A stretch of 63,401 nucleotides of DNA, filler included, from Globobulimina sp. (GCA_003354225.1; 49 parts of 49 records of this genome joined end to end with filler, not necessarily neighbours in it), one strand, 5' to 3'; positions 49,423 through 62,516 are shown, numbered from the whole stretch's first letter. Program-made: numbers and translations. Notes: a model not told the origin generated them from the letters alone.

Positions 49423-50451
49423 ATGAACCATGCTGTCAGGAAAAGACGGTCACAAGTATTACTAAGTGGATACGTCAGAAAATGTAGGACTCAATACATC
49501 AATTCTGATATTATTAGTGTCATTCACGCATTCCATTATTTAATATATAAAATATTGGAATTATATTCTATTGGAGAGAATGCAACGGGACAACAAGGCA
49601 ATGGAGGCCCCGGATATGAAGATATTAAACAAATAACAAAAATAAAAACATTTAAAAAAGAAATAAAAAATATTGTTACTTGTGGTGATGGTTATGGTGG
49701 TGTAGCAGCATATATTTTATTTGATGATGAAACATATGAATGTTGCGGTTATAATAATATTAATATATGGCATCAAATAAAAGATATGAAAATAAAAAAT
49801 ATATTTGCAGCACCAAACGGATCAAAGCACTCATTTTGTATTTCAAATGAGAATAAATTATATGCGGTCGGATGGAATTATGGTAATCAATTTGGTAGAA
49901 AAACAAATCAATATACTAATAATAAATGGATGCCAATGAATACAACATTATCGATTCAAACAGTAGCCTCAGCAGGGTGTTATACCACATTTTTAAGTGC
50001 AAATGACAAAATATATGTTGCTGGTTTTGATAATGGATTTGGTGGTTTAAGATTAGGAAAAGATATTAAATCATCACCAAATATTCAAGAAATTCAAACA
50101 AAAATAAAATTTAAGGATATATATTGTGGATGTTGGCATACCTTAGCAATTGATGACAATTATGGTGTTTGGTCATGGGGTGGGGGTAAATATGGTAGTT
50201 TAGGTCATGGGGATGGTAATAATAGATATTCACCAACAAGAATACAACATTTAATTCAAAACAATATTAAAATTGGTAAAATATGTTGTGGTTATTATCA
50301 TAATATATTATTATCATTAAATAACAAAGTTTTGATCTTTTTGTGTTGTGTTTATTTATTTTTACAAATATATTTTAATAAATAAATAAGATATTTTGTT
50401 TTGGAGACAATGAAGAGTATCAATGTGGTAATGGTTCAGATGAAAATGTAT
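49423..50451 (+). CDS. RCC1-repeat protein; intron 50329-50390
   Basis: CGCWHTLAI..VWSWGGGKYGSLGHG; CGYYHNILL..|IFCFGDN..QCG. Confidence 0.9.
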
Positions 50452-50947
50452 NNNNNNNNNNNNNNNNNNNNNNNNNNNNNNNNNNNNNNNNNNNNTTAAT
50501 TAATTAANNNNNNNNNNNNNNNNNNNNNNNNNNNNNNNNNNNNNNNNNNNNTTGAGATACCGAACCTTGTGTTTGATACAACAGCAAAACATATATATTT
50601 ATAACATTGCGTGATGTTACAACATATGATTTATGGGATTCATCGATCATTGATTATGTAACGTGCCAATTGCAAATTGTTAAATGACAACAACAAAAAT
50701 GTGTCCTTTTTTTTTTGAATGACTAGCTCACTTCGTGCAAATCTTAAAATCCGTGTTATCACTACTACTCACAAACGACAAATCCAGTTTCGACTCCGTT
50801 TTGGTATTATGTGATTCAGAAAAATATTTTTGTTGAACAATGAAGTGCAAGGATTGATCCGTTATAAAAATGTATTACGTATTTAAAGTGAACAACATTT
50901 CGATGATCTGATTTCCAATCCTCGTGTGTGTCAAATCCAGTCTATAC

Positions 50948-51746
50948 CTACAAACACAACATATTGGAGATCCATTCTTTATTTCTCTCTTTTTCATCAC
51001 ATGCTTCTTGCTCTGGGTTTAATTTTCGTTTTTTTGTTTGTTGAGATGGTGGTAGTTCCTCGCCTGCATTTTTATTATTGCTCACAATGTCCTCCTTTAT
51101 CTCGAGCTCATTATTGTTGTCATCAAATTCCATGAATTCTGGATATCGATTCCGTTTTTTATTTCGATCCAGAAAATATGACTCTTCCTCGGCTGCAGTT
51201 TCTAGTTTGTGTTTATTTTTATAATTCAAAATGTAATCGTTTATCGTATGATTGTTGTCATCAAATAATGCGTCAAATGCATTCTCAGTATTAATAAATT
51301 TAAATTGTTTAATCAGCAGTTGTATGAATTCTTGGTCCATTTTTGTTGCTTCTCCCTTTTTCTGTTTTTGATATTGATTCTGTTTTTCATATCGATTCAG
51401 ATTCCGTTTTTCATATCGATTCCGATTCTGTGTATCATATCGATTCTGATTCTGATTCTGACCCCGATCCTGAAATCCAAAAAATCGATCCCATTCATTC
51501 TGAAATGATGAATCAAATTCATTCGCAGTAAATTCATCCGCAGCAGTAAATTTTTCGAATATTTTTCTTCTGCTTCTTCGTGTTTTCTTCTGTCTCTTTG
51601 TTTGTTTGTTAGTGTCATTCTGAAATAATGAATCAAATTCATTCGCAGTAAATTCAGCCGTAGCAGTAAATTTTTCGATTATTTTTCTTCTTCTTATTAG
51701 TGTTTTCTTCTGTCTCTTCATCTTAGTTTGTTTGTTAGTGCCATAG
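50948..51746 (-). CDS. Repeat-containing hypothetical protein
   Basis: 257-aa ORF with a 40-aa duplication and QNRY microrepeats. Confidence 0.5.
51495..51743. repeat. 120-bp direct tandem duplication
   Basis: TCATTCTGAAAT.ATGAATCAAATTCATTCGCAGTAAATTCA starts at 51495 and 51615. Confidence 0.9.
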
Positions 51747-52043
51747 NNNNNNNNNNNNNNNNNNNNNNNNNNNNNNNNNNNNNNNNNNNNTTAATTAATT
51801 AANNNNNNNNNNNNNNNNNNNNNNNNNNNNNNNNNNNNNNNNNNNNCGGACGTTGCCATATGACTGGCGTGTAAGTGATGTGGTGTTAAATGTGCACAGT
51901 AAGTTGATGCGTATCGAAAGATGATGTGCAAATAAGTTAAAATATACATTTAATTACACTTTTTATACAGGTACAAACCAACATGTTTGTATATAACAAA
52001 TCCTATTAAAATATTACGATAAACATCAACTTACATCATTTGT

Positions 52044-52403
52044 ATGTGTAATGTGGCGATTGAACAAGCCAAGTTTGAGAGGGATAAACAAAAGGAAATT
52101 GATGAAGAAGTGGTAGCAATTCATCAAGAAATGGATCAAATGAATGCTTGTCAGGACTTAGAGGATAATAAGTTGAGTGATGGTGAAATAAGAGATTTGG
52201 AGAGGAGCATAGATTTAGATGGAGATTTGCCAGCTACTGACATGAAAACTAATTTGTTTAGGAACAGGTCGGAAAAAAAATGGAATATGGCTCAGCTCTC
52301 CCAACAGAAACAAGAAATGACCGCTGCTTTAGCGCACTTAGTGGAGACACATGTTCATTCAGTCACTGCTGCAAAGGAAGAAAATAATGCATCGTCTGAT
52401 TGA
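52044..52403 (+). CDS. Coiled-coil protein fragment
   Basis: E/Q/K-rich ORF. Confidence 0.35.
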   Translation: MCNVAIEQAKFERDKQKEIDEEVVAIHQEMDQMNACQDLEDNKLSDGEIRDLERSIDLDGDLPATDMKTNLFRNRSEKKWNMAQLSQQKQEMTAALAHLVETHVHSVTAAKEENNASSD

Positions 52404-53155
52404 TTTACTATTTATGTAAACAACAAATGATTTCATACTATTTATCTATCTCTTGCATGTTATTTGAAATATTGTATTCACACAACAACTGCAAATGGCA
52501 CATCACAAACGTTTTATCATCAAACCCAACGCAAAAAAGAGCAAATCGACACATTCAATGCACACAACACATTTTCTATTTATTCAACTTCAACATTCTT
52601 TGTTGTTCTTCATCATTCTTTGTTGCATAATATTCAGTTTCCCCCATTTGTGCTGTTTTTGTTTGTTGTTCTTCTATATTCCCTACATTCGTATCGTGGT
52701 TATTTTGTAACTCCAAATCAGTGTCTTCTGTGTCCAATGTATCATAGACACAGCATTCAATAATATAATCATTACCATCCGATTGGCAAATTGGACACTT
52801 ATCTTCCTCATTGCTTGGCTACGATATTTGAAAGCCAATATGGCTGAAATAAAATCACAAGTTAGTTCTATGACCAATTGCGCAAATTAAATGAAAATAA
52901 TAAATTTTAAATTATAAGGAAATCGCGGCAGATGATTTGGAGCATGATCTCACAGACAGATTAAACTGGGACATTGGCTCCGAGTGTTTAGTTTATTGCG
53001 AGGTAGAAAGGACATTTGTATTGGGTATAATTGCCAAAATANNNNNNNNNNNNNNNNNNNNNNNNNNNNNNNNNNNNNNNNNNNNTTAATTAATTAANNN
53101 NNNNNNNNNNNNNNNNNNNNNNNNNNNNNNNNNNNNNNNNNGAAGATGTAGTACA

Positions 53156-54336
53156 ATGCAATTTGTTTTATTTTCAATTGTGATTTGTGGATTGGCAGCG
53201 ACACTCGCAAATATTGACAGAATTATTGATAAAATTGTTGGCACAAAAGATGAAATTACATCAACATACTGTACTTTGGGAGTTTATGAAGGTCCAAATA
53301 TATCAATACCAAATGATTGGCATTGGGGATACGATTCTGATTATGGCCCTTCAGTATGGTCCAAATATTATCCCCAATGTGGCTGTGATTCACAATCTCC
53401 AATTGATATTAATCGAGAGCTTGTTTTAAGGTCAATGCCAAAGCAATTCTGCAGTGATTCAAACAGTTTATTACAATGGAAAGTAAATGCAAATTATACA
53501 CAAAAATACAATGGTACATTTAAGGTGTTTCATAATCATCATACGATCGTAATGCAACCGGTCGATGATATTACTAGCAATCCATCAGAACCCGTTGCTA
53601 TATTAAAAGTAATCTAGTATTAATTATGCATTTTCTTTATTAATATTCCCAGCCTTCAGCCATCTGAAATGTGTTCAAATATAATTTATTATATATTTAA
53701 CAATTGCGAATAACATCAATTTGAATGATAAAATATGTATTTTTGTTATATTGTAAATACAAATTGTTGCTGGATCTGAAGGCTGAGGAAATAACTATGT
53801 CCATTCTGAATTTCTCACTGTAACCGATATATATAATTAAACATCTACAGAACATGTGGCAGCCAATAAACAGCTCATTGCACAGTGAGTTTGTGTTCCA
53901 TCATATGCATTTTCATTGGGGAGGCAGTCAGATCAATCAATCAGGTTTAGGCCATGGACATTATCCATTAGAAGCTCACTTTGTTCATTACAGCGCAGAT
54001 TATAATTCCATACAAGATGCACTTTATGCTTGGAGGGGTTTGCATGATTCGAACAGGGATAGATATGTTTTAGCAGTGGTCGCTGTATTTATTACTGTTG
54101 ATGAATTTAGTGATGTAAACAACCCGTTTTTTGATAAATTACTCAAATTACAAGTAAATAATTCAAATACAGACATGGGCTTTGTCAAACAAAGTGATTT
54201 AATGGATTTATTGCCAGGTGATGTGCAGTCTTATTATTATTACAGTGGGTCGTTGACGACACCTCCTTGCGACCCGGTGGTGCGTTGGCATTTTTTGTCA
54301 ACGCCATTGTTTATAACACAAATTCAATGGGAAGAC
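53156..54336 (+). CDS. Secreted alpha-carbonic anhydrase; intron 53609-53850; 3' partial
   Basis: Signal peptide, WGY, QSPIDI, NHHT, HFHWG, YPLEAHFVH, LAVVAVF, YSGSLTTPPC. Confidence 0.93.
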
Positions 54337-54630
54337 NNNNNNNNNNNNNNNNNNNNNNNNNNNNNNNNNNNNNNNNNNNNTTAATTAATTAANNNNNNNN
54401 NNNNNNNNNNNNNNNNNNNNNNNNNNNNNNNNNNNNTTCTTTTAAATTTAGTTTTCGTTTTTATACATTGATCATAGTCTATTGTTAGCACTCTGTTTTG
54501 TCAAACAAAAAAACAGAAACAATAATTGGAATCACATTCCGCTATTTATAGCAATCAAACCTAATAGAAATAGCAATTGAAACTTGATGATAGAAAATTA
54601 TTGGTTTATGTTTTTCAAAATAACAAAACA

Positions 54631-55631
54631 ATGACTAATCACACAAATAACCATCCAACACACAAACGTGGCAAACCACATCAACACCAAGTCGCCAACC
54701 ACAACCACCGCCTTATCCACCGCAGCAACACTTGTATAAACACACACAACCAACCCGTTTCCTCACATGTACAAAATCTAAACCTTCCGTCCTCCTCATC
54801 CGATACCAGCATCACTACCAATAGCTACTACTCACCGCCATCGCAATCTCAATCCTCCGATTCGCTCTGTTCATTCTCCTCGCTTTCCATCAACAGCCAT
54901 TCCTATCCATCCTTACCGCCAATCAACAAAAGCACCAAAACCAAATACCACAACTATCGCAAGCACCATTTCGACAAACAATCCGCCAAATTCTCGCTGC
55001 AGGTCTTCGTGGCCATGCACACCACGCGGCAGTTGGCCTGGTACATACAACCCGAGCCCTGGGGCGATAAAAACAGTCTTTTGTTCAAATACCTCGATTA
55101 TACCTTTCGTTGCGCTGCTTTCCGCGACGAAATATACACTTTCGACTGCGCCAACCATGGCGAATTAAGTGCTACCACTGATGATATGAACGCGCGTTTA
55201 GTGTTCAACACAGGTTTAATCGCACGGCAATCCGGCACTGTCGTTTATTTATTGCTGACTCCAAACCAGAAAAAGTCAGTGGCGCAACAATGGCGCGTCG
55301 GGTATGGTGATCCGTACAGTCGATACAATTCCTCCTTTGTCAGTGCTAACTGGCTCTTAAATGACGTGTTAAATCACCAAAAACATTTATTACCCAAACA
55401 ATTCATGCTAAATCACCAGTTATTCCACCAAATCAAGCACAAGTTCCATAAAAATAAGCTCCAAATCGAAGCTGATTTCGAGCATATTGTCACCAAATAT
55501 TGGGACCGCATTATCGGTGAATACAACAAACGCGCCGCCACTTTGCAGATACCATCCAAAGCAGAAACGATTAAACTATTAAAAAAAGCCTTTGATTGGG
55601 TGCTCAAAGACAAAAAAAAACATCAATTATT
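54631..55631 (+). CDS. DUF3825-like domain protein with His/Ser-rich N-terminal extension
   Basis: EPW..LLFKYLDYTF..VFNTGL..VYLLL.PN..W..DFEHI..DRI. Confidence 0.65.
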
Positions 55632-55731
55632 NNNNNNNNNNNNNNNNNNNNNNNNNNNNNNNNNNNNNNNNNNNNTTAATTAATTAANNNNNNNNNNNNN
55701 NNNNNNNNNNNNNNNNNNNNNNNNNNNNNNN

Positions 55732-55958
55732 ATGATGGGATCTAAGCCAGTCAAAGGACAGAGCGACTCATCTGCACAGTCGATGCTATCTTGCATCATC
55801 AGTTGTTTTAATGGTGCTAAGTCTGCAAACTCTTCAACTGTCATATCATATCGATCTGATAATATTTCAGCACAACTTGAACCAGGCACCAATGAGCATG
55901 ACTGTGTGGATTGGTAACTAATAATAAAGATTATTATTAATAAAGTTTCACGACACAT
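55732..55958 (-). CDS. Secreted Cys-containing protein N-terminus
   Basis: Signal-peptide-like N-terminus. Confidence 0.4.
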
Positions 55959-56033
55959 GCTTCAAAACTCGTTTCTGAAGTAATATACTAATTAAAAAAC
56001 AACAACAAAAAACTTACACAAGAAAATGTTAGT

Positions 56034-56720
56034 TTATTGCTTTGGAGGTTGTGAATATTTTATCGCTGTTCCATGTTTTTGTGTGACAATTAATATTGCA
56101 AACTTTGTTGTATTTTTTAATTGATTCTGATTGGATATGGAAACATAATCAAATTTGCCACAAATATCTGTGTATCCATCTTTATAAAATTCCGTTTTCC
56201 CATTTATCATTTCGCACATTACCTTTACATATGCTTTTTTTACAGGTTTATTATTAATTTTATTAAATACTTTAATTTGACCATATCTCGCTTTAATTTG
56301 TACATTTAATAAATTGTAAACCATATTTTTTGTAATATTTTCGTTTAAATCGCTTGAATTCATGCGAATAAATATATTTTTGTTGAATAATTTGGATGGA
56401 ATATCAGCTATATATTCACCACTATTTCCATTCAAATCAATATCTTTTATTATTATATTCGGCAATATATAATCAATATTATTCTCATTGTTATAATTCG
56501 CATTAATATGACCAACACAAAAACTAAACGGATTTTCTGAAAATAATAATTCGATATTCGTTTCATAAAAATTTATATCACACTTATTAATTAAATGTGA
56601 ATTAATTATTAATTTTTTATTTGTTTCATCCACAACAAATTGTAACCTTTTCTTATTTTTTTGTTTTTGCGCTTTAATATCAATATCAATGTCATCTCTG
56701 TTGAACAATAATTCTTTCAT
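56034..56720 (-). CDS. C-terminus of a conserved giant uncharacterised protein (FYKDGYTD family)
   Basis: ELLFSENPF..YGQIKV..YVKV..FYKDGYTD..FDY..FAILI..PP. Confidence 0.65.
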   Translation of the reverse strand: MKELLFNRDDIDIDIKAQKQKNKKRLQFVVDETNKKLIINSHLINKCDINFYETNIELLFSENPFSFCVGHINANYNNENNIDYILPNIIIKDIDLNGNSGEYIADIPSKLFNKNIFIRMNSSDLNENITKNMVYNLLNVQIKARYGQIKVFNKINNKPVKKAYVKVMCEMINGKTEFYKDGYTDICGKFDYVSISNQNQLKNTTKFAILIVTQKHGTAIKYSQPPKQ

Positions 56721-57026
56721 TTTACTAAAATCATTTATTTTTTGTTTGAGAGTTGGATAAATTGATTTTTTTGATAAATATTTATTTAGAATATTTTCTA
56801 TTTTTTCTGTATTTTCCTTTTCATCACTTTCTTGATCAAATAGTGATAAATAACAGTGTAAATAATCAACATTTATATCATTATTATTATTTACAAATAA
56901 ATGTATATTTTGTTTATAAAATGCCANNNNNNNNNNNNNNNNNNNNNNNNNNNNNNNNNNNNNNNNNNNNTTAATTAATTAANNNNNNNNNNNNNNNNNN
57001 NNNNNNNNNNNNNNNNNNNNNNNNNN

Positions 57027-58221
57027 GACAAAGGACACAAAGAGCGGTGCTGCGGTTGCGCAGAAAATGGATGCTATCAAAGAGAATTTGAATGACAGTC
57101 TGTCGGCGTTGGTGAATGAAGCGAGTAAGGCCTTGGAACCCAAAGCGATGCAAATACGGCAGGCGGCGGAGAGCAAAAAGGAAGTAAACAAATGTACGAA
57201 ATATGAGAGGAATAACAAAAGAAATGTGAGTTTCAATAATAGTTATAATAAGAATGCATATTATAACAAATACGGGCATGGTGCTGCTAATCAGCGGCAT
57301 TATAATCACGGCAATGCGTATCGTTATAATTATAATGACGGAAATAAATATAAAAGAAAGCGCAGATATTACAACGAAAAGAGTGAGGAGAAGGAGGAAG
57401 AAGTTGTGGCGAATAACTGCGATAAATATAAACGAAGAGAGAGACATCGACATTACGTACGAAAAGACAGTGATCGTATTCATAAACGAAGGAAAGAGCA
57501 TCGTAGAACGGCCAGAAAAAGGAAGCATCGATATTCTGATTCATCTGAGTTTTCGTCGCGATCGCGATCCTATTCTAATTCCGATGATTCTGAGTATAAC
57601 TCCGATTATTCCGACTATTCACGCAAAAGAAGGAGGAAACATAGATACAGAGAGAGGAAGAAAAGAACAAAGGAGTACAGACCGAAAAGAAAAGATAAAG
57701 ATATGAAATCGGATAAAAATGTAGCTGTAAATAATAATAAATGTGATAAATATAACGAGAAAACAGCACAAAATAAGCATAGATATGATAGTTATGACAA
57801 AAAAACAGATAAATATCAAGAGTATAATGATAAATATAGTAAATATGACAGATATAATGACAAAACAAGCGATAATATGTCACAAAGCAACAGATATAAT
57901 GCAAAAATATCAGATCAGTCCGCCAATAAACGCCGGGAAATCGATGAAATGCATCAAAAAGATATAAAGCATCCGATTGCCGCGCAGCAAAATGACAAAC
58001 CAGCGAAAAATGGAGAGATTGAAGAAGGGGAATTAAGTGATGATAATTATGATTCTGTCGCACAACAAAATAAATCAGCGAACCTAAAGCAAGTCGGAAA
58101 TAACAAACCATTGCACTGTCAAAATAATGCAACATACACAAGCAACAAAGCACAATCACCGTCACCGCCACCTCCTAAAAATAATAAACACACAAATCGA
58201 AAAGAAATGGAAATAGATCCG
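57027..58221 (+). CDS. Arg/Ser/Lys-rich low-complexity protein fragment
   Basis: Open frame; RS-like tract and EEGEL motif. Confidence 0.6.
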
Positions 58222-58486
58222 NNNNNNNNNNNNNNNNNNNNNNNNNNNNNNNNNNNNNNNNNNNNTTAATTAATTAANNNNNNNNNNNNNNNNNNNNNNN
58301 NNNNNNNNNNNNNNNNNNNNNTGGAGAGACTGGAAGTGCGGAAATTAATTAATCTAAACATAAAATACAAATTTCCCATTGGAAAAGATCAAGGTTTAAG
58401 TTATTACAATGACTATATTTATATTAACGAATTTGGTCACGTTCATTCGGTTGATGTGGGAGTAAAATTCGGTTTTATCAAACAAT

Positions 58487-59516
58487 TTGTATGAAAATGA
58501 CTTGAATCAAATTAATATTAACGTTGTTGGGACAAATTCAAATAAAGACTATACAGAAAATGTAAAAAAGAAAAAATACAAATTAATCAAAATAAAAAGA
58601 AGACTTAATCCAAAGCAGACGGGAATAATCCGGAGAAATCTGAATTATGCACACTCTGAATCCTCGGAAGAAGACTCAAAATATAACAGATTGACAGAAA
58701 TCAATAAATCAAAGATATTGAGTTCCAGCGATGAAGATATATTAAACATTTTTAATTCAATTGAAGAGGACAACGAATTAGATACAAACAACAAAAGAAA
58801 CATAAAATTGAAATTAACAAAGTCGGAGGAAAAGCAATTAAATATTGATATTAATACGAAATTAATTGAAACGTCGATAAGCAGCAAATTATTGAGAACG
58901 ATAAAAAGTGAATTCACAGAAATTGACACTTTTGAGACTTTTAGACGGAAAATATTAGAAAAAGTATATTTAGCGTCGACATTAAGACAAAATAACAATA
59001 ATTGCTCCGATGAAGAAGACTATGATATGCATGAAAACGAGGAGGAGGAGAAACATATTATTTTGCCAATTTTTATAAAGACAACGTGCATTTTAACGGA
59101 ATTAGAAACATATTTTAATAAAAGACTATTAAAATTGATACAAAACAGAGACAAATTTACGAATTTGAATGCATTGAACTCGGTTATTGAATATATTAAA
59201 ATGCAAAATACAAAAACAAATCTAGAATATACATTGAATTTATTTCCCAGGATATCAAATAAAAATCGTTTACGACAGGAAATTGATTTATTTCTGCAAA
59301 AATACTCAATTTTGATTGCAAAAACTATAAATATTATACATTTACAAACAAAAATAAATAAAAATATGATTAATAAACAAAATTATATTAATTATCATCA
59401 CAGAAACAATAAATATAAACAATTAACAAAAAACTATACGTCGGACACGGAAATTTTGCGAAGAATCAACAAAATACCGTCAGATTCACAAATTGAATTA
59501 AAACAAGCCATTGAAT
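58487..59516 (+). CDS. Hypothetical protein fragment (weak retro-gag resemblance)
   Basis: About 340-codon frame; Q..SVIEY-like motif only. Confidence 0.4.
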
Positions 59517-59616
59517 NNNNNNNNNNNNNNNNNNNNNNNNNNNNNNNNNNNNNNNNNNNNTTAATTAATTAANNNNNNNNNNNNNNNNNNNNNNNNNNNN
59601 NNNNNNNNNNNNNNNN

Positions 59617-60811
59617 CATCAAATAAGAAAGTTAATTTTAACAAAATAATTGCTGTATCCGGGTCAGGACAGATGCATGGTTCCGTATATTGGAATAATA
59701 AGAAATCATTAAACAATTTGGATCCAAAGCAAAGCTTATTAAATAATTTATGTCCGACTTCTTTTGCCATTGAATGTGGTCCAATATGGATGGATTCATC
59801 CACTACCAAACAATGCAGGCAGTTGGAACAAAAAGTTGGCTCTGCATTAGAACTGGCTCATATTTCCGGCTCTATTGCTTATGAAAGATTTACTGGCAAT
59901 CAAATTGCTAAAATATATCAACTTTCTCCAAATATATATTCAGAAAACGTTGAAAGAATATCACTGATTTCATCATTTATGGCCAGTTTATTTATTGGTG
60001 ATTATGCGCAAATTGATTGTTCAGATGGCTCAGGAATGAATTTATTGGATATTAATACGCAAGAATGGAGCACTAAATTAGCAGAACTAACTGCTCCTGA
60101 TTTAATAGCAAAATTAGGGAGACATGTTTGTAATTCGTATGATGTTATTGGTAAAATTGATAAATATTTTGTCAACAAATATGCGTTTAATGCGGAGTGT
60201 GATGTTGTGGCATTTAGTGGAGATAATTGTTGTTCGTTGGCGGGTTTAATGTGTTATGAAGAAGGCGATATTTGTGTATCTTTAGGTACTTCAACTAATT
60301 TATTTGCAATCACTAAAACTGCCAAACCAACAAGTTTTGGACATGTTTTATGTTCACCAATTCATGAAAAATCATTTATGATATTATTATGTTATAAGGT
60401 ACGTAAAATGCATAATATATTCATCTGAAGTCATTTAATTTTCATTTTAACTTTGGATGTGATGTAAGAATGGAAGTATTACTCGCGAGAAAATTAAAAA
60501 TGAATATAATTGCAAAACATGGGATGAATTTAATAAGAAATTGTTAGAGAGTGAGGCTGGAAATGGTGGCTGTTTAGGTTTTTATTACGACAAAGCCGAA
60601 ATATTACCACCTATAAAACCGGATTTTTATCGATATGATGAAAATGATAATAAAATAGAGGAATATAAAGATAATGATAATGGTTTAAAAGATATTCGAG
60701 GCGTGGTAGAATCTCAATTTTTAGCGATGAGACAGCATTGTGAAGAAATTGGTGTTATAAATTCCAAAAAAATATTGGCGACAGGTGGTGCTTCAAAAAA
60801 TAAAGCTATTT
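59617..60811 (+). CDS. XYLB: Xylulokinase (eukaryotic FGGY); intron 60399-60468
   Basis: SGSGQMHGSVYW, PIWMDSSTT.QC, AYERFTG.QI.K, DGSGMNL, GDN, SLGTS, LCYK|NGS..RE, ATGGAS.N. Confidence 0.95.
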
Positions 60812-60911
60812 NNNNNNNNNNNNNNNNNNNNNNNNNNNNNNNNNNNNNNNNNNNNTTAATTAATTAANNNNNNNNNNNNNNNNNNNNNNNNNNNNNNNNN
60901 NNNNNNNNNNN

Positions 60912-62106
60912 ACTGAGTGCAAGGATTATATGCCAATCTGTCCAATATATTCCTTTTTCTTTTTGCAAACAGAGAGAAGCCTGAAACTGAAATAAAAGCT
61001 GAAGCAGAAGAGACAAAGTCTGACGAACAAAAAGACGATTCATTGATATTTCCGTTCTCAATGTCGCCAAAAAAGAACCCGTCACAAAAAAAACCCGTTG
61101 CAAACCAAGTGGAGAACGCACAGAGTTTTATCATCGAACCGGACATATATTTAATAAAAGAGTCCACTGTCCGGATCATAACCGATCGCATAATTTTAGG
61201 TTCGGAAAACTATAGTTTTTATACCTCGCAACAGTCAGAAATATGTGCTGTTGATTAGTAATGACACAAATAACTATACATAACATTCAAAACCGTTCGA
61301 ATGAATATTTTTATACGAATTGCAATGTTAAAATATTTATTTGAACTGTTTTGAATGCAATGTTGTTAAAGGCGACCGCAAGAAATTTAGTATATGTTTC
61401 CCGGGATTATGCAGTAAATTATCCGTCGGCAAATATATATTAATTCATCCTTCCATAAAATTGGAAATAAAATCCATAGATTTATCGTCAAACATTTTAA
61501 CCTGTTTGGTTTTGGTCGGTGGCCGACTGAAAGAATACAGCAAAGTGGAATTCCCCTCATTGAAGATATATAATTTGCAGGTTGAAAGGGACAATAATAA
61601 CAACAGTATAACCCAACAGGATGTGACTGACATTGGTTTCGGTATTCATAACTATGTCGATTATATTTGCATATCGCATTGCAAGTCGATTGTGGATATA
61701 AATAAAACCAAAGAAATGTTCGAATTCCAGACTGCATCCATAAGAAATATGCGTGCTATGAGGCGGAACACGTCGTATGATACGGGGGCCGGTGGTCGCT
61801 ACAATGCGGTGCATACGCATACAGTCAATGCAATGAACAAAGTCTCATCGGATAACGCACCGATTGGTGATGGAGATGACATGAATAATAATATCAAAAT
61901 ATTAGCAAAGATCGAGGACTCGCAGTGTTTAAGTGACATTTATGAAATTATCACAGAATGTGATGGAATTATAATCGATTATATCTCACTGTGGAATTCT
62001 ATGAATGCCGTGGATGTCAATAAAGATAAAATAAAAGAGATTGTGAATGACATTATATTAGAAAGTCGAAAACAAGCAAAGCCAGTTTCGATTTGTTGCG
62101 ATATCG
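60912..62106 (+). CDS. Divergent pyruvate kinase-like protein; probable intron 61200-61371
   Basis: GD..F.GL, GG.L, T.QD..DI.FG..VDYI, ILAKIE, EI..CDGIII, KQAKPV. Confidence 0.8.
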
Positions 62107-62206
62107 NNNNNNNNNNNNNNNNNNNNNNNNNNNNNNNNNNNNNNNNNNNNTTAATTAATTAANNNNNNNNNNNNNNNNNNNNNNNNNNNNNNNNNNNNNN
62201 NNNNNN

Positions 62207-62410
62207 ATGGCATCCAACCCGTCAAAATCGAAAATATTTGAACATAAAAAAGCATTACGGAATGTGTCAAAGGAGATGGATGAGAAATTAAATGCGTTGA
62301 ATGAGATGGGATACAAAAATAGAACGTTTAATTTAGTTGTATTAAAACAAGACAATGGAGATATGGACAAAGTTATAGAAAATTTGAAGAAATTTTATGA
62401 GAATAATTAA
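62207..62410 (+). CDS. C-terminal UBA domain fragment
   Basis: LNALNEMGY.N...N..L....GD...VI..L. Confidence 0.7.
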   Translation: MASNPSKSKIFEHKKALRNVSKEMDEKLNALNEMGYKNRTFNLVVLKQDNGDMDKVIENLKKFYENN

Positions 62411-62516
62411 ATCTTTGTACGTTTGGCTTTTGCCTGTGTGATTTTAATAAGTGAACTCGTTTTTTGTTTTGCAAAGTGATCAGTAGACGTAGTCAGGAAG
62501 CAAATTATATGGATAC

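Noticed and set aside
57254..58171. Overlapping antisense and alternative-frame ORFs
   Set aside because: Shadows of the low-complexity plus-strand gene
1198..62206. Regularly spaced TTAATTAATTAA as a CRISPR-like or biological repeat
   Set aside because: Embedded in N runs of fixed length; an artificial all-frame-stop linker
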